NCBI GenBank assembly: GCA_965277805.1
Contig: OZ255842.1
Coordinates: 3,008,001 to 3,072,000, forward strand
Reading direction: 5' to 3'
DNA from: Candidatus Lustribacter sp.
GTDB taxonomy: Bacteria; Vulcanimicrobiota; Vulcanimicrobiia; Vulcanimicrobiales; Vulcanimicrobiaceae
Length of the DNA: 64,000 nt
Shown piece by piece: positions 37,665-45,795 of the stretch. Numbering within the stretch: position 1 is the first letter of the stretch; the number at the start of each line of letters is the position of its first letter. The notes below the pieces were generated by a model. That model worked only from the letters and a program-made list of their open reading frames with translations, made no database searches and had not been told where the DNA came from. The translations under genes and the position numbers were made by a program.

Positions 37665-38735
37665 TCAACCGTTCTCAACCGCCTCGGCGATCGCTTTGCC
37701 CACTTCCACAGTATTCGCCGTGCCGCCGATGTCGCGCGTGCGCGGGCCGTTCGTGAGCACGGTTTCGATCGCTTTGACGATCGCGAGGCTTGCTTCGGGA
37801 TAGCCGAGATGATCGAGCATCATCGCACCGGACCAAATCTGGCCGATCGGGTTGGCGATGCCTTTGCCCGCGATGTCGGGTGCGGAACCGTGCACCGGTT
37901 CGAACATCGAGGGATACTCACGCTCGGGATTGAGGTTCGACGACGGGGCGATGCCGATCGTTCCGACCACGGCCGGACCGAGATCGGAGAGGATGTCGCC
38001 GAATAAGTTCGAGCCGACCACGACATCGAACCAATCCGGATGCAGCACGAAGTTCGCGGCCAGAATGTCGACGTGGTACTGATCGGTGCGCACGTCGGGA
38101 TAGCGTTCGGCCATGAGCTTCACGCGTTCGTCCCAGTACGGCATCGTGATCATGATGCCGTTGGATTTTGTAGCCGACGTGAGGTGGCGCTTGGGCCGGT
38201 TACGCGCGTACTCGTAGGCGTAGGCGAGGATGCGGTCGACGCCGCGCCGCGTGAAGATCGTTTCTTGAAAGACGATCTCATCCGGCGTGCCCTCGGCGAA
38301 GCGTCCGCCGACCGAAGAGTACTCGCCCTCGCTGTTCTCGCGTACGATGATCATGTCGATGTCGCCGGTGTTGCGGTTTGCCAGCGGCGAAGCGATGCCC
38401 GGCATCAGCCGCACCGGCCGCACGTTCGCGTACTGCTGGAATTGCCGCCGGATCGGGATCAGCAATCCCCACAGCGAGATGTGGTCGGGAACGCCCGGAA
38501 AGCCGACCGCGCCCAGAAAAATTGCGTCGTGGTTGCGAATCTGTGCGATGCCGTCGGGCGGCATCATCGCGCCGGTCGCTTTATAGAACTCGCAGCTCCA
38601 GGGAAAGTGCTCCCACTCGAAGCGCAGCCCGAAACGTTTCGCGGCCGCGTCGACGACCCGGATACCTTCGGGAACGACTTCGTTGCCGATGCCGTCTCCG
38701 GGAATCGTCGCGATCTTGAACGAGTTCTTGCTCAT
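37665..38735 (-). CDS. ttuC: Tartrate dehydrogenase/D-malate dehydrogenase (decarboxylating)
   Basis: PGDGIG, PDHISLWGLL, RENSEGEYS, ATKSNG, NLFGDILSD and FEPVHGSAPDI. Confidence 0.9.
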   Translation of the reverse strand: MSKNSFKIATIPGDGIGNEVVPEGIRVVDAAAKRFGLRFEWEHFPWSCEFYKATGAMMPPDGIAQIRNHDAIFLGAVGFPGVPDHISLWGLLIPIRRQFQQYANVRPVRLMPGIASPLANRNTGDIDMIIVRENSEGEYSSVGGRFAEGTPDEIVFQETIFTRRGVDRILAYAYEYARNRPKRHLTSATKSNGIMITMPYWDERVKLMAERYPDVRTDQYHVDILAANFVLHPDWFDVVVGSNLFGDILSDLGPAVVGTIGIAPSSNLNPEREYPSMFEPVHGSAPDIAGKGIANPIGQIWSGAMMLDHLGYPEASLAIVKAIETVLTNGPRTRDIGGTANTVEVGKAIAEAVENG

Positions 38736-39868
38736 GCGGTAATCAGGAGTTCCTTTAGGCGCGGATAGACTTTGGTGGCGAAGTTGGTCATGCCGCGCAC
38801 GGTTTCGTCGTGTTCGAGGAAACCCGCTTGACCCATCATCAGCAAATGCCCGTAGCCGCCGACGTGGGCGTGGTGCTTGGCGATCTGTTTGTACACCGTA
38901 TCGGGATTGCCGGCGAACACGATGCCGCGCTCGATGCACTGCTCGAGGCTCGACGCGCGATCGAAGGCGGTGGCGGCGCCGCGCATCAACGCGACCGACG
39001 CCTTCAGCGACGCATAGCCCGGCGGGTTCTTCCACTGCGGTGCGACCTTGTTGGCCGTGAGGTACCATAACAGCTTGCGCGCGCCCTCATAGCCCGCTTC
39101 GTCCGTATCGCCGGTGTACACGAGCGCGGCGTAGGCGAGCCGGTCGTCGGCCGTCGTTTCCCCGTTCGCCGTGCGCTGGCTGCGGTACGCATCGAAGATC
39201 GCTTTCGTTTGATCGAAGCCGGTGAGAAAGGTTGCGACGGTGTGGCCGTGATCGGCGACCTTCGCGACTTGCGAGGTGCTGGTGGCCGTGATCCACACCG
39301 GCGGGCGCGGCTGCTGGTAGGGCCGCGGCCAGATGTTGACCTGACGGTAATTGAAGTAGCGGCCTTCCCAGTTGAACGGACCGTCGTGCGTCGTCCACGC
39401 TTTGAGAATGAGGTCGTGCGCTTCCCACAGCCGGTCGGCGGTGCGCACGGGGTTGCTGTTCGCCGGCGAGAGCTCGTAGGGTACCCCGCGCACGAAGCCG
39501 ACTTCGAGCCGCCCGCGCGAGTAATTGTCGACCATCGACATCTCTTCGGCCACGCGCACCGGATCGCGCCGGTTGCCGATCGGGTTGCCGAGCACCAGAA
39601 TGCGCGACTTCTTCGTGATACGCGAGAGCGCGCCGAGCACGACCGCGGCCGACGGGTTGAGGTTCGTCGCGGTTTGGTGGTGCTCGTTGAGCATCAAGTC
39701 GAGGCCCAGCTCTTCAGCCTGTTGCCACTCGTCGAGATAGCGGTGATAGAGTTCGGCTCCGACCTTCGGGTCGAAGTTGCGATTGGGCAAGCTGACGCGG
39801 ATCGAATCGTACGTCGCCGCATCCGGCAGATACGGATAGGCGTTTTCGCTGAAGTACCAAGCACGCAC
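38732..39868 (-). CDS. LLM-class flavin-dependent oxidoreductase (luciferase-like)
   Basis: NEHH, PVRVAEE, GRLEVGFVRG and WPRPYQQP; SD AGGAG before GTG 39868. Confidence 0.88.
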   Translation of the reverse strand: MRAWYFSENAYPYLPDAATYDSIRVSLPNRNFDPKVGAELYHRYLDEWQQAEELGLDLMLNEHHQTATNLNPSAAVVLGALSRITKKSRILVLGNPIGNRRDPVRVAEEMSMVDNYSRGRLEVGFVRGVPYELSPANSNPVRTADRLWEAHDLILKAWTTHDGPFNWEGRYFNYRQVNIWPRPYQQPRPPVWITATSTSQVAKVADHGHTVATFLTGFDQTKAIFDAYRSQRTANGETTADDRLAYAALVYTGDTDEAGYEGARKLLWYLTANKVAPQWKNPPGYASLKASVALMRGAATAFDRASSLEQCIERGIVFAGNPDTVYKQIAKHHAHVGGYGHLLMMGQAGFLEHDETVRGMTNFATKVYPRLKELLITA

Positions 39869-39878
39869 GGTCGGGCTC

Positions 39879-40661
39879 CTAACGTTCGCCGATGAAGTGG
39901 GCAACGCGTTCGACGAACGCTTCGGGTTGTTCGTTTTGCGGTACGTGGCCGGCCGCGGGAATGACGTCGAAGAGCGCGCCCGGGATGCGAGCGGCGAACG
40001 CGCGGCCGTACGCCGGCGTGACGATGCCGTCGTGTTCGCCCCACAAGAGCAGCGTGGGCACCTTGATGCGGTGCAGCCGGCGCGTCAGTTTTGGATTATG
40101 CCCGTACGGCTCCCAAAGATACATGGCCGAGGCTTCGCGATTGCGCGCGACGATCTCCAGCCCTTCGTCGGACAAGTCGGACAATTTCGGCGCCTTGCTC
40201 GTATCGAAATACGTGAGCCGCTGCAGTTCGGCCGGATCGGTCCCGAAGATGTCGGTGATATCGCGCGTCAGGCGATCGCTCACCTTGATGCCGACCGCGT
40301 CGACCAAGATGAGCCGCGCGATGCGCGCCGTCGATTTGACCGCGATCTCGGCGGCAATCCAGCCGCCCATCGAGAAACCGATCAGCGTCACGTCGCGCAG
40401 GTCGAGCGCGTCGAGCAGATCGAGATAGAGATACGCTAGATCGTCAACGCTGTCGATCCAATCGGGCAGCTCCGAGGTGCCGAAGCCGGGATGTGTCGGC
40501 GCGATCACCCGACCGTGCTTGGCGAGCAGGCCCAGGAACGGCGCTTGCGGCTGCAAGCCGCCCGCACCGTGCAGCACCAGTATCGGCGCGCCTCCGCCGA
40601 TGTCGAGATACTCGAGCGGCACGCCCGCGGCGAGCAGCTGTTTCGGCGCAATCACGCTCAT
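39879..40661 (-). CDS. Alpha/beta hydrolase
   Basis: LHGAGG, PGFG, GFSMGG, WGEHD and GH motifs. Confidence 0.88.
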   Translation of the reverse strand: MSVIAPKQLLAAGVPLEYLDIGGGAPILVLHGAGGLQPQAPFLGLLAKHGRVIAPTHPGFGTSELPDWIDSVDDLAYLYLDLLDALDLRDVTLIGFSMGGWIAAEIAVKSTARIARLILVDAVGIKVSDRLTRDITDIFGTDPAELQRLTYFDTSKAPKLSDLSDEGLEIVARNREASAMYLWEPYGHNPKLTRRLHRIKVPTLLLWGEHDGIVTPAYGRAFAARIPGALFDVIPAAGHVPQNEQPEAFVERVAHFIGER

Positions 40662-41836
40662 TTCGATCCCCTTGCCGAACCGGCGACGACCCAATCACCC
40701 TTCGGATTATCCCAGCGCAGCGCGAGCACGTTGTCGGCCGATAAACCGCGCTGGCTGCCGTCGCGGAAATCGTAGATCCCGCAGATGCCGGCGAAGCCGT
40801 GCAAATTTTCGATGTAGTCGCGAACGTCGGCGGCCTTCGCATCGGGTCCCAGATGCCGCAGCGCATCGACGTAGATGAGCGCCGGGTCCCAGAGCAGCGC
40901 GCTTTGAAAATCCGGCACCACGCCCGCGCCGTGCAAAGCATCGCGGAAGAGCTTTTGCTGCACGCCGACGGCGCCCGGTGAGAGCGTGTCGGTGATGTAG
41001 CCGAGTCCCGGAAAGTAGAGCTCGTTCGGCGTGATGTTGGTGAACTGCCGCATCTGCCCGAACGTCATGTTGCCTCCCGAAGTGATGTAGGGCAGGTTCA
41101 TGCCGCTGTCGGCGACGCCGTGCAGCAGCGTGCCGAACGCGATTCCCGCCGTCCACAAAAAGACGACCTGCGGGTTGGCCGCTTTGATGTTCGACATCTG
41201 CGCGGTCACGCTCAGGTCGGCCGGATTGAAGTGCTCGCGCCGCACGACATGCAGCGGCGCATTTTCCGGAAAACCCAAGGCCGTATCGAATGCCGTGTCG
41301 CCGTCTTGACCGACGGCATCCGTCGAGCTGATCCAGGCGATGCGGTTCCAGCCGCGCTGCCGCGCGAAACGCACCATCGCATACACCGCATCCGACGATG
41401 ACAGGCTGGCCGAGAACAGGTAGCTGTTCTTCGCCGGATGGACGGCGGGCGACTGACAGAACTGCACCGGGCCCGTCTTCAACAACGGTTCGGTGGCTTT
41501 GCAACTCGCGGCGACGCCCGGGCCGAGCATGAGTTGCACGCCCTTCGCCGTCAGGTCGTTGGTCAGTTGCACCGAGACGCTCGGATTCGACTGATCGTCG
41601 AGATAGACGAAGTGCACCGGCCGGCCTTTGATGCCGCCCTGTTTGTTGACCACGCCTTCGAGCAGCGTCAGCGCCGTCTGCACGCCCTTGCCGGCAAACG
41701 AGCCTTGCCCGCTCAGCGGTAATACCGCCGTGATGTCGACCGGCGCCGGCTGCGCTTGCGACATCGCGGGGAGTGCAGCCAGTAAAACAGAGGCGGCGAA
41801 CCCAGCCACGATGCGGAGCGGCGTGCGAGTGCTCAT
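40658..41836 (-). CDS. ABC substrate-binding protein, LivJ/branched-chain family
   Basis: Signal peptide; PLSG, GGIKGRP and DDQSNP. Confidence 0.85.
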   Translation of the reverse strand: MSTRTPLRIVAGFAASVLLAALPAMSQAQPAPVDITAVLPLSGQGSFAGKGVQTALTLLEGVVNKQGGIKGRPVHFVYLDDQSNPSVSVQLTNDLTAKGVQLMLGPGVAASCKATEPLLKTGPVQFCQSPAVHPAKNSYLFSASLSSSDAVYAMVRFARQRGWNRIAWISSTDAVGQDGDTAFDTALGFPENAPLHVVRREHFNPADLSVTAQMSNIKAANPQVVFLWTAGIAFGTLLHGVADSGMNLPYITSGGNMTFGQMRQFTNITPNELYFPGLGYITDTLSPGAVGVQQKLFRDALHGAGVVPDFQSALLWDPALIYVDALRHLGPDAKAADVRDYIENLHGFAGICGIYDFRDGSQRGLSADNVLALRWDNPKGDWVVAGSARGSK

Positions 41837-41925
41837 AAGCGCGGCGTTCTCGTCACGCGGACGCAGCCACCTCCTCGCGCAGCACGGTAGCAGGCGCGTG
41901 CACGCGCGGAGCAGCACGATGCGGT

Positions 41926-43467
41926 ATGAAACGCGCGCTGATTTTGACCTGTGCCTTGTCGCTCGGCCTCAATTCCACCGTCGCTGCCCAATCACCGCCA
42001 CCCGCGCCCGATCCGGCGAGCGCCGCCTGCACTGCGCTCCGTCTGCACGATTTCGAAAACGTGCCGGGCGCGCCGGCGTGGGTGACGACCGCGGCCGTTG
42101 CAACGACGCCCGCCGGCCAGCGCTACTGCGAACTCTACGTCCACATTGCGCAACAGGTCAGCATGCAGATGCGGCTGCCGCTCGCGAATTGGAACGGCAG
42201 GTTCTGGATGAACGGCAATCACGGCATGGGCGGACAGTACGTGACCGGCGAAACCGACGTTCCGCTTGCGCAAGGCTTTGCGGTGGCGACCAACGACATG
42301 GGCCATCACAACCGCGCAAACGACGGCGGCTGGGCGTATCAGAGCATGCAGGGCAAAGTCGACTTCGCGTATCGCGCCGCGCACGTCGCGACGCTCGCTG
42401 CGAAGGCGATCGTCACGGCGTATTACGGACGCAAGATCAGCTATTCGTATTTCGGCGGCTGGTCGACCGGCGGCCGCCAAGCATTGATGGAAGCCGAACG
42501 CTACCCGGACGATTTCAACGGAATCATCGCCGGACCGGCGCCGCTCTGGTCTTCGGAGATGAAAGGCTCATCGGTGATGTGGACGGAGGAGGCCAATCGC
42601 GGCCCGAACGGCCGGCCGATTCTCACGCCCGCGCAGCTTCCGCTGCTGCACGACGCCGCAACCAAAGCCTGCGACGGCGGCGACGGCGTGCACGACGGCC
42701 TGATCGCCGACCCGCGCACGTGTCATTGGGAACCGCAGAGCCTGTTGTGCACCAGTGCTGCCGCGCCGGGCGCGTGTTTGACCGCAGCGCAAGTTGCGGT
42801 CGCGCGTAAATTCTACGAGTTGCCGCACACATCGAAGGGCACGGTACTCTATCCGGGCGGCATGATGCGCGGCTCCGAGCTGCTGTGGACCGAACGGCTG
42901 CCGTACGGCACCTCGCCGATCTCACGCATCGCCGAGTACAGCCTCGACTATTTGCGCTACTTGGCGTTCGTGCCCGACGCCGGTCCGTCGTACGACATCT
43001 TCAGCTACAACTTCGATCGCGATCCGCAACGGCTGGCAAAGCTCGCGCCGTTGTACGACGCGACGAATCCGGACCTGCACCCGTTCCGCGCACACGGCGG
43101 TAAACTGATCATGTGGACCGGCTGGGCCGACCCCGACATGGCGCCGCTCGCCACGCTGAAGTTCTACCAGCAAATCATCGCCGCATCCGGCGGAGCCGCC
43201 GCCGCGCGCACGTTCGTGCAACTCTACATGATCCCGGGCGAATACCACGGCCCCACCGGCGTCGGCCCCGTGATCGCCACCGAAGACTTCATCGCCCCGA
43301 TCGAAGCCTGGGTCGAATCACACATAACCCCCGACCACGTCATCGCCAAAGAAACGCACGACACCGTCGTCACCCGCACCCGCCCCGTCTACCCCTACCC
43401 GCTCTACGCCCACTACACCGGCACCGGCGACCCCAACGACGCCACCAACTTCACCCCCACGAAGTAG
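41926..43467 (+). CDS. Tannase/feruloyl esterase (MHETase-like) family hydrolase, secreted
   Basis: WNGRF, GWSTGGRQ, YPDDFNGI, CDGGDG..DG, GGKLI..GWAD, PGEYH and TRPVYPYP. Confidence 0.87.
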   Translation: MKRALILTCALSLGLNSTVAAQSPPPAPDPASAACTALRLHDFENVPGAPAWVTTAAVATTPAGQRYCELYVHIAQQVSMQMRLPLANWNGRFWMNGNHGMGGQYVTGETDVPLAQGFAVATNDMGHHNRANDGGWAYQSMQGKVDFAYRAAHVATLAAKAIVTAYYGRKISYSYFGGWSTGGRQALMEAERYPDDFNGIIAGPAPLWSSEMKGSSVMWTEEANRGPNGRPILTPAQLPLLHDAATKACDGGDGVHDGLIADPRTCHWEPQSLLCTSAAAPGACLTAAQVAVARKFYELPHTSKGTVLYPGGMMRGSELLWTERLPYGTSPISRIAEYSLDYLRYLAFVPDAGPSYDIFSYNFDRDPQRLAKLAPLYDATNPDLHPFRAHGGKLIMWTGWADPDMAPLATLKFYQQIIAASGGAAAARTFVQLYMIPGEYHGPTGVGPVIATEDFIAPIEAWVESHITPDHVIAKETHDTVVTRTRPVYPYPLYAHYTGTGDPNDATNFTPTK

Positions 43468-43476
43468 CATCGTGCA

Positions 43477-43707
43477 CTGTCATTCCGAGGAGCGCGGCAG
43501 AACTGTCATTCCGAGCAGCGCCGTAGGCGCGTCGACGAGGAATGTGCCACGATCTCCAGTACCGAGCGCGACCGCGAAGGCGGGAGCAGTGGGATGAAGA
43601 AAATTTTTGGAGTAACCACTGCTCCCGCCTTCGCGGTCGCACGTTGATCGCCGCGATTATCTCTCGTTCCTCGTCGGCGCCCCTTCGGGGCCTGCTCGGA
43701 ATGACAA
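43477..43707. repeat. REPIN/MITE-like ~200-bp inverted-repeat element between convergent genes
   Basis: Left arm 43504-43592 and right arm 43616-43706 are imperfect inverted repeats around an AT-rich spacer; an extra CTGTCATTCCGAG copy sits at 43477. Confidence 0.8.
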
Positions 43708-43717
43708 TGCGAAAAAC

Positions 43718-45061
43718 TTAGCACTCTACGACGTTGACGGCTAGGCCGCCGAGGGATGTTTCTTTGTATTTGGATTGCATGTCGAGGCCGGTTTGGTACA
43801 TGACGGCGATGACTTGATCGAGTGAGACCTTGTGTTCGTCTTCGCCCATTGCCATGCGCACGGCGTTGATCGCCTTAACGGCGCCGATCGCGTTGCGTTC
43901 GATGCACGGGATCTGCACGAGGCCGCCGATCGGATCGCAGGTCATGCCGAGGTTGTGTTCCATCGCGATTTCGGCCGCATGTTCCATCTGCGCGTTCGTG
44001 CCGTTCAGCGCCGCAACCAGCCCAGCCGCGCCCATCGAGCACGCGACGCCGACTTCGCCTTGGCAGCCGACTTCGGCGCCCGAGATCGACGCGTTGCGTT
44101 TGTAGAGCATTCCGACCGCCGCTGCCGCGAGCAGACACCGCTCGATCCCGGCCGCATCGGCATCCGGAACGTAGTCGCGATAGTACCGGATCACGGCCGG
44201 GATAATTCCCGCCGCGCCATTCGTCGGTGCGGTAACGACGCGTCCGCCCGCGGCGTTCTCCTCGTTGACCGCAATGGCGACGACGTTGAGGTAGTCCATC
44301 GCTTCGAGGCCCTTGTCTTCGGAGCGCGCCAAGTACTTTGCATACAAGCGCGGCGCTCGGCGGCGCACGTTCAAACCACCCGGGAGAACGCCTTCGGTTT
44401 GGAGTCCGCGTTCGGCAGACTCATCCATCGTGCGCCAGATCGCGGCAAGCTCGCGCTGTAGTTCTTCGGCCGACTGGAACGCGAGTTCGTTCGCTTGAAC
44501 GATTTCCCATATTTTCAGCCCGCCCGCATCCGCGATTGCGAGCAGCTCTTCCGCCGAGGTAAAGGGATAGGGTACGTCTTCGCTGCGGCGCAGGCTCTCG
44601 AAGCCTTCGCCTTCAACCGCACCTCCGCCGATCGAGAAGTACTCCGCGCTTTTCATCATGTTCCCGTCCCGGTCGAACGCAATAAAGCGCATGCCGTTGG
44701 GATGATGCGGCAGCGTCGCGCCGGAGATGAACGCGATATCTGCTGCCGGATCGAATGCGATCGCCGCACCGCCCGGCAAACGCAGCGTTCGCTCCGCGGC
44801 AACGCGCTCCGGAAGCGTCGCGATGGTGTCGGGATCGATCGTGTCGGGCGCGTAACCCGAGAGACCGAAGAGCAGCGCGCGGTCCGTGCCGTGGCCGCGG
44901 CCGGTCAGCGCGAGCGAACCGAAGAGTTCCACCCGGATGCGCGCGATCGCCGCTTGACGCTCGGCGAGCAGCGAGATGAACATCATCGCCGCACGCATCG
45001 GCCCGACGGTGTGCGAACTCGACGGACCGATGCCGATCTTGAACACGTCGCCGAGGCGCAT
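43718..45061 (-). CDS. sdaA: L-serine ammonia-lyase (Fe-S dependent)
   Basis: [41 protein letters not shown] and [16 protein letters not shown]. Confidence 0.95.
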   Translation of the reverse strand: MRLGDVFKIGIGPSSSHTVGPMRAAMMFISLLAERQAAIARIRVELFGSLALTGRGHGTDRALLFGLSGYAPDTIDPDTIATLPERVAAERTLRLPGGAAIAFDPAADIAFISGATLPHHPNGMRFIAFDRDGNMMKSAEYFSIGGGAVEGEGFESLRRSEDVPYPFTSAEELLAIADAGGLKIWEIVQANELAFQSAEELQRELAAIWRTMDESAERGLQTEGVLPGGLNVRRRAPRLYAKYLARSEDKGLEAMDYLNVVAIAVNEENAAGGRVVTAPTNGAAGIIPAVIRYYRDYVPDADAAGIERCLLAAAAVGMLYKRNASISGAEVGCQGEVGVACSMGAAGLVAALNGTNAQMEHAAEIAMEHNLGMTCDPIGGLVQIPCIERNAIGAVKAINAVRMAMGEDEHKVSLDQVIAVMYQTGLDMQSKYKETSLGGLAVNVVEC

Positions 45062-45094
45062 CGAACATCGTTCGCCGCCTCGGTTGCGTTTAGC

Positions 45095-45601
45095 CTATGG
45101 GCGCGCGACCGTCCACGTGCCGCCGAACGACACGAGACCGTTGCCGTTCGTCTGGCCGGCGGCTGAGTCACCGGCATAGAGGTAGAGCGGGTGCCCCATG
45201 TATGCGAGCTGCACGAAGCCGCCGTCGTCCGGGCGCGCGAACGTCGTGAAGCCCGCGCTGAGCGCAACCCCGGCCGGCGGCGCAATCGGCGGCCAGACGC
45301 CGGTGCACCCGCTGGCCACGGTGCACGCAAGCGACGTCGTGGTGTCGTCGGACAGAACATACGTCGTTCGGCCCGACGGCTCCACGAAGCCCGGGGCTCC
45401 GAGCACGGTCGCGGTAGCAAGGGTCGTCGCGGCCGCGGCCGTCGCTGTAGGAGCGGCGGTCGCGATTGCGGTCGACGTGGGCGCGGCCGTCGGGGTCGCA
45501 GTGGCGACGGCCACGGCCGGCGCGGTATATCCGCCGCCGCCGCACGCGACGATGCCGAGCGCGGCAATGATCAAGGCAGTCCAGAGAGTGAAAGTACGCA
45601 T
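45095..45601 (-). CDS. Lipoprotein with secreted repeat (COG4315 / Lipoprotein_15-like)
   Basis: Lipobox IVAC, Thr/Ala linker, C....GC..VWPP and Y.GHPLY.Y.GD. Confidence 0.8.
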   Translation of the reverse strand: MRTFTLWTALIIAALGIVACGGGGYTAPAVAVATATPTAAPTSTAIATAAPTATAAAATTLATATVLGAPGFVEPSGRTTYVLSDDTTTSLACTVASGCTGVWPPIAPPAGVALSAGFTTFARPDDGGFVQLAYMGHPLYLYAGDSAAGQTNGNGLVSFGGTWTVARP

Positions 45602-45704
45602 GGCCCCAAGCCTAGCCGGGCCGTGTGAAACGCGCCTGAAGCATCGCGGTCCCGCTCTTTAGGTCTCGCTCAGCGCCGTTCTCAGCCGAGAACGTATTCT
45701 TTAG

Positions 45705-45733
45705 TTGACATATCGGCCCCAATCCGGTAGCCT
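45705..45733 (+). promoter_or_regulatory. Sigma70-type promoter
   Basis: TTGACA-N17-TAGCCT upstream of 45796. Confidence 0.6.
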
Positions 45734-45795
45734 GCGCTGGTGCCGCGTGAAACTATATCCATAGTTGGTCCGTACCTTGCCCGAAAGGGGGCGAC

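Noticed and set aside
43477-43707. CRISPR array or tRNA
   Set aside because: The repeats are inverted, not regularly spaced direct repeats; no cloverleaf and no cas genes
45410-45530. Thr/Ala repeat as a distinct repeat element
   Set aside because: Ordinary low-complexity lipoprotein linker
45734-45795. Known riboswitch (c-di-GMP, fluoride, cobalamin)
   Set aside because: Conserved cores could not be matched by eye; an Rfam scan would be needed
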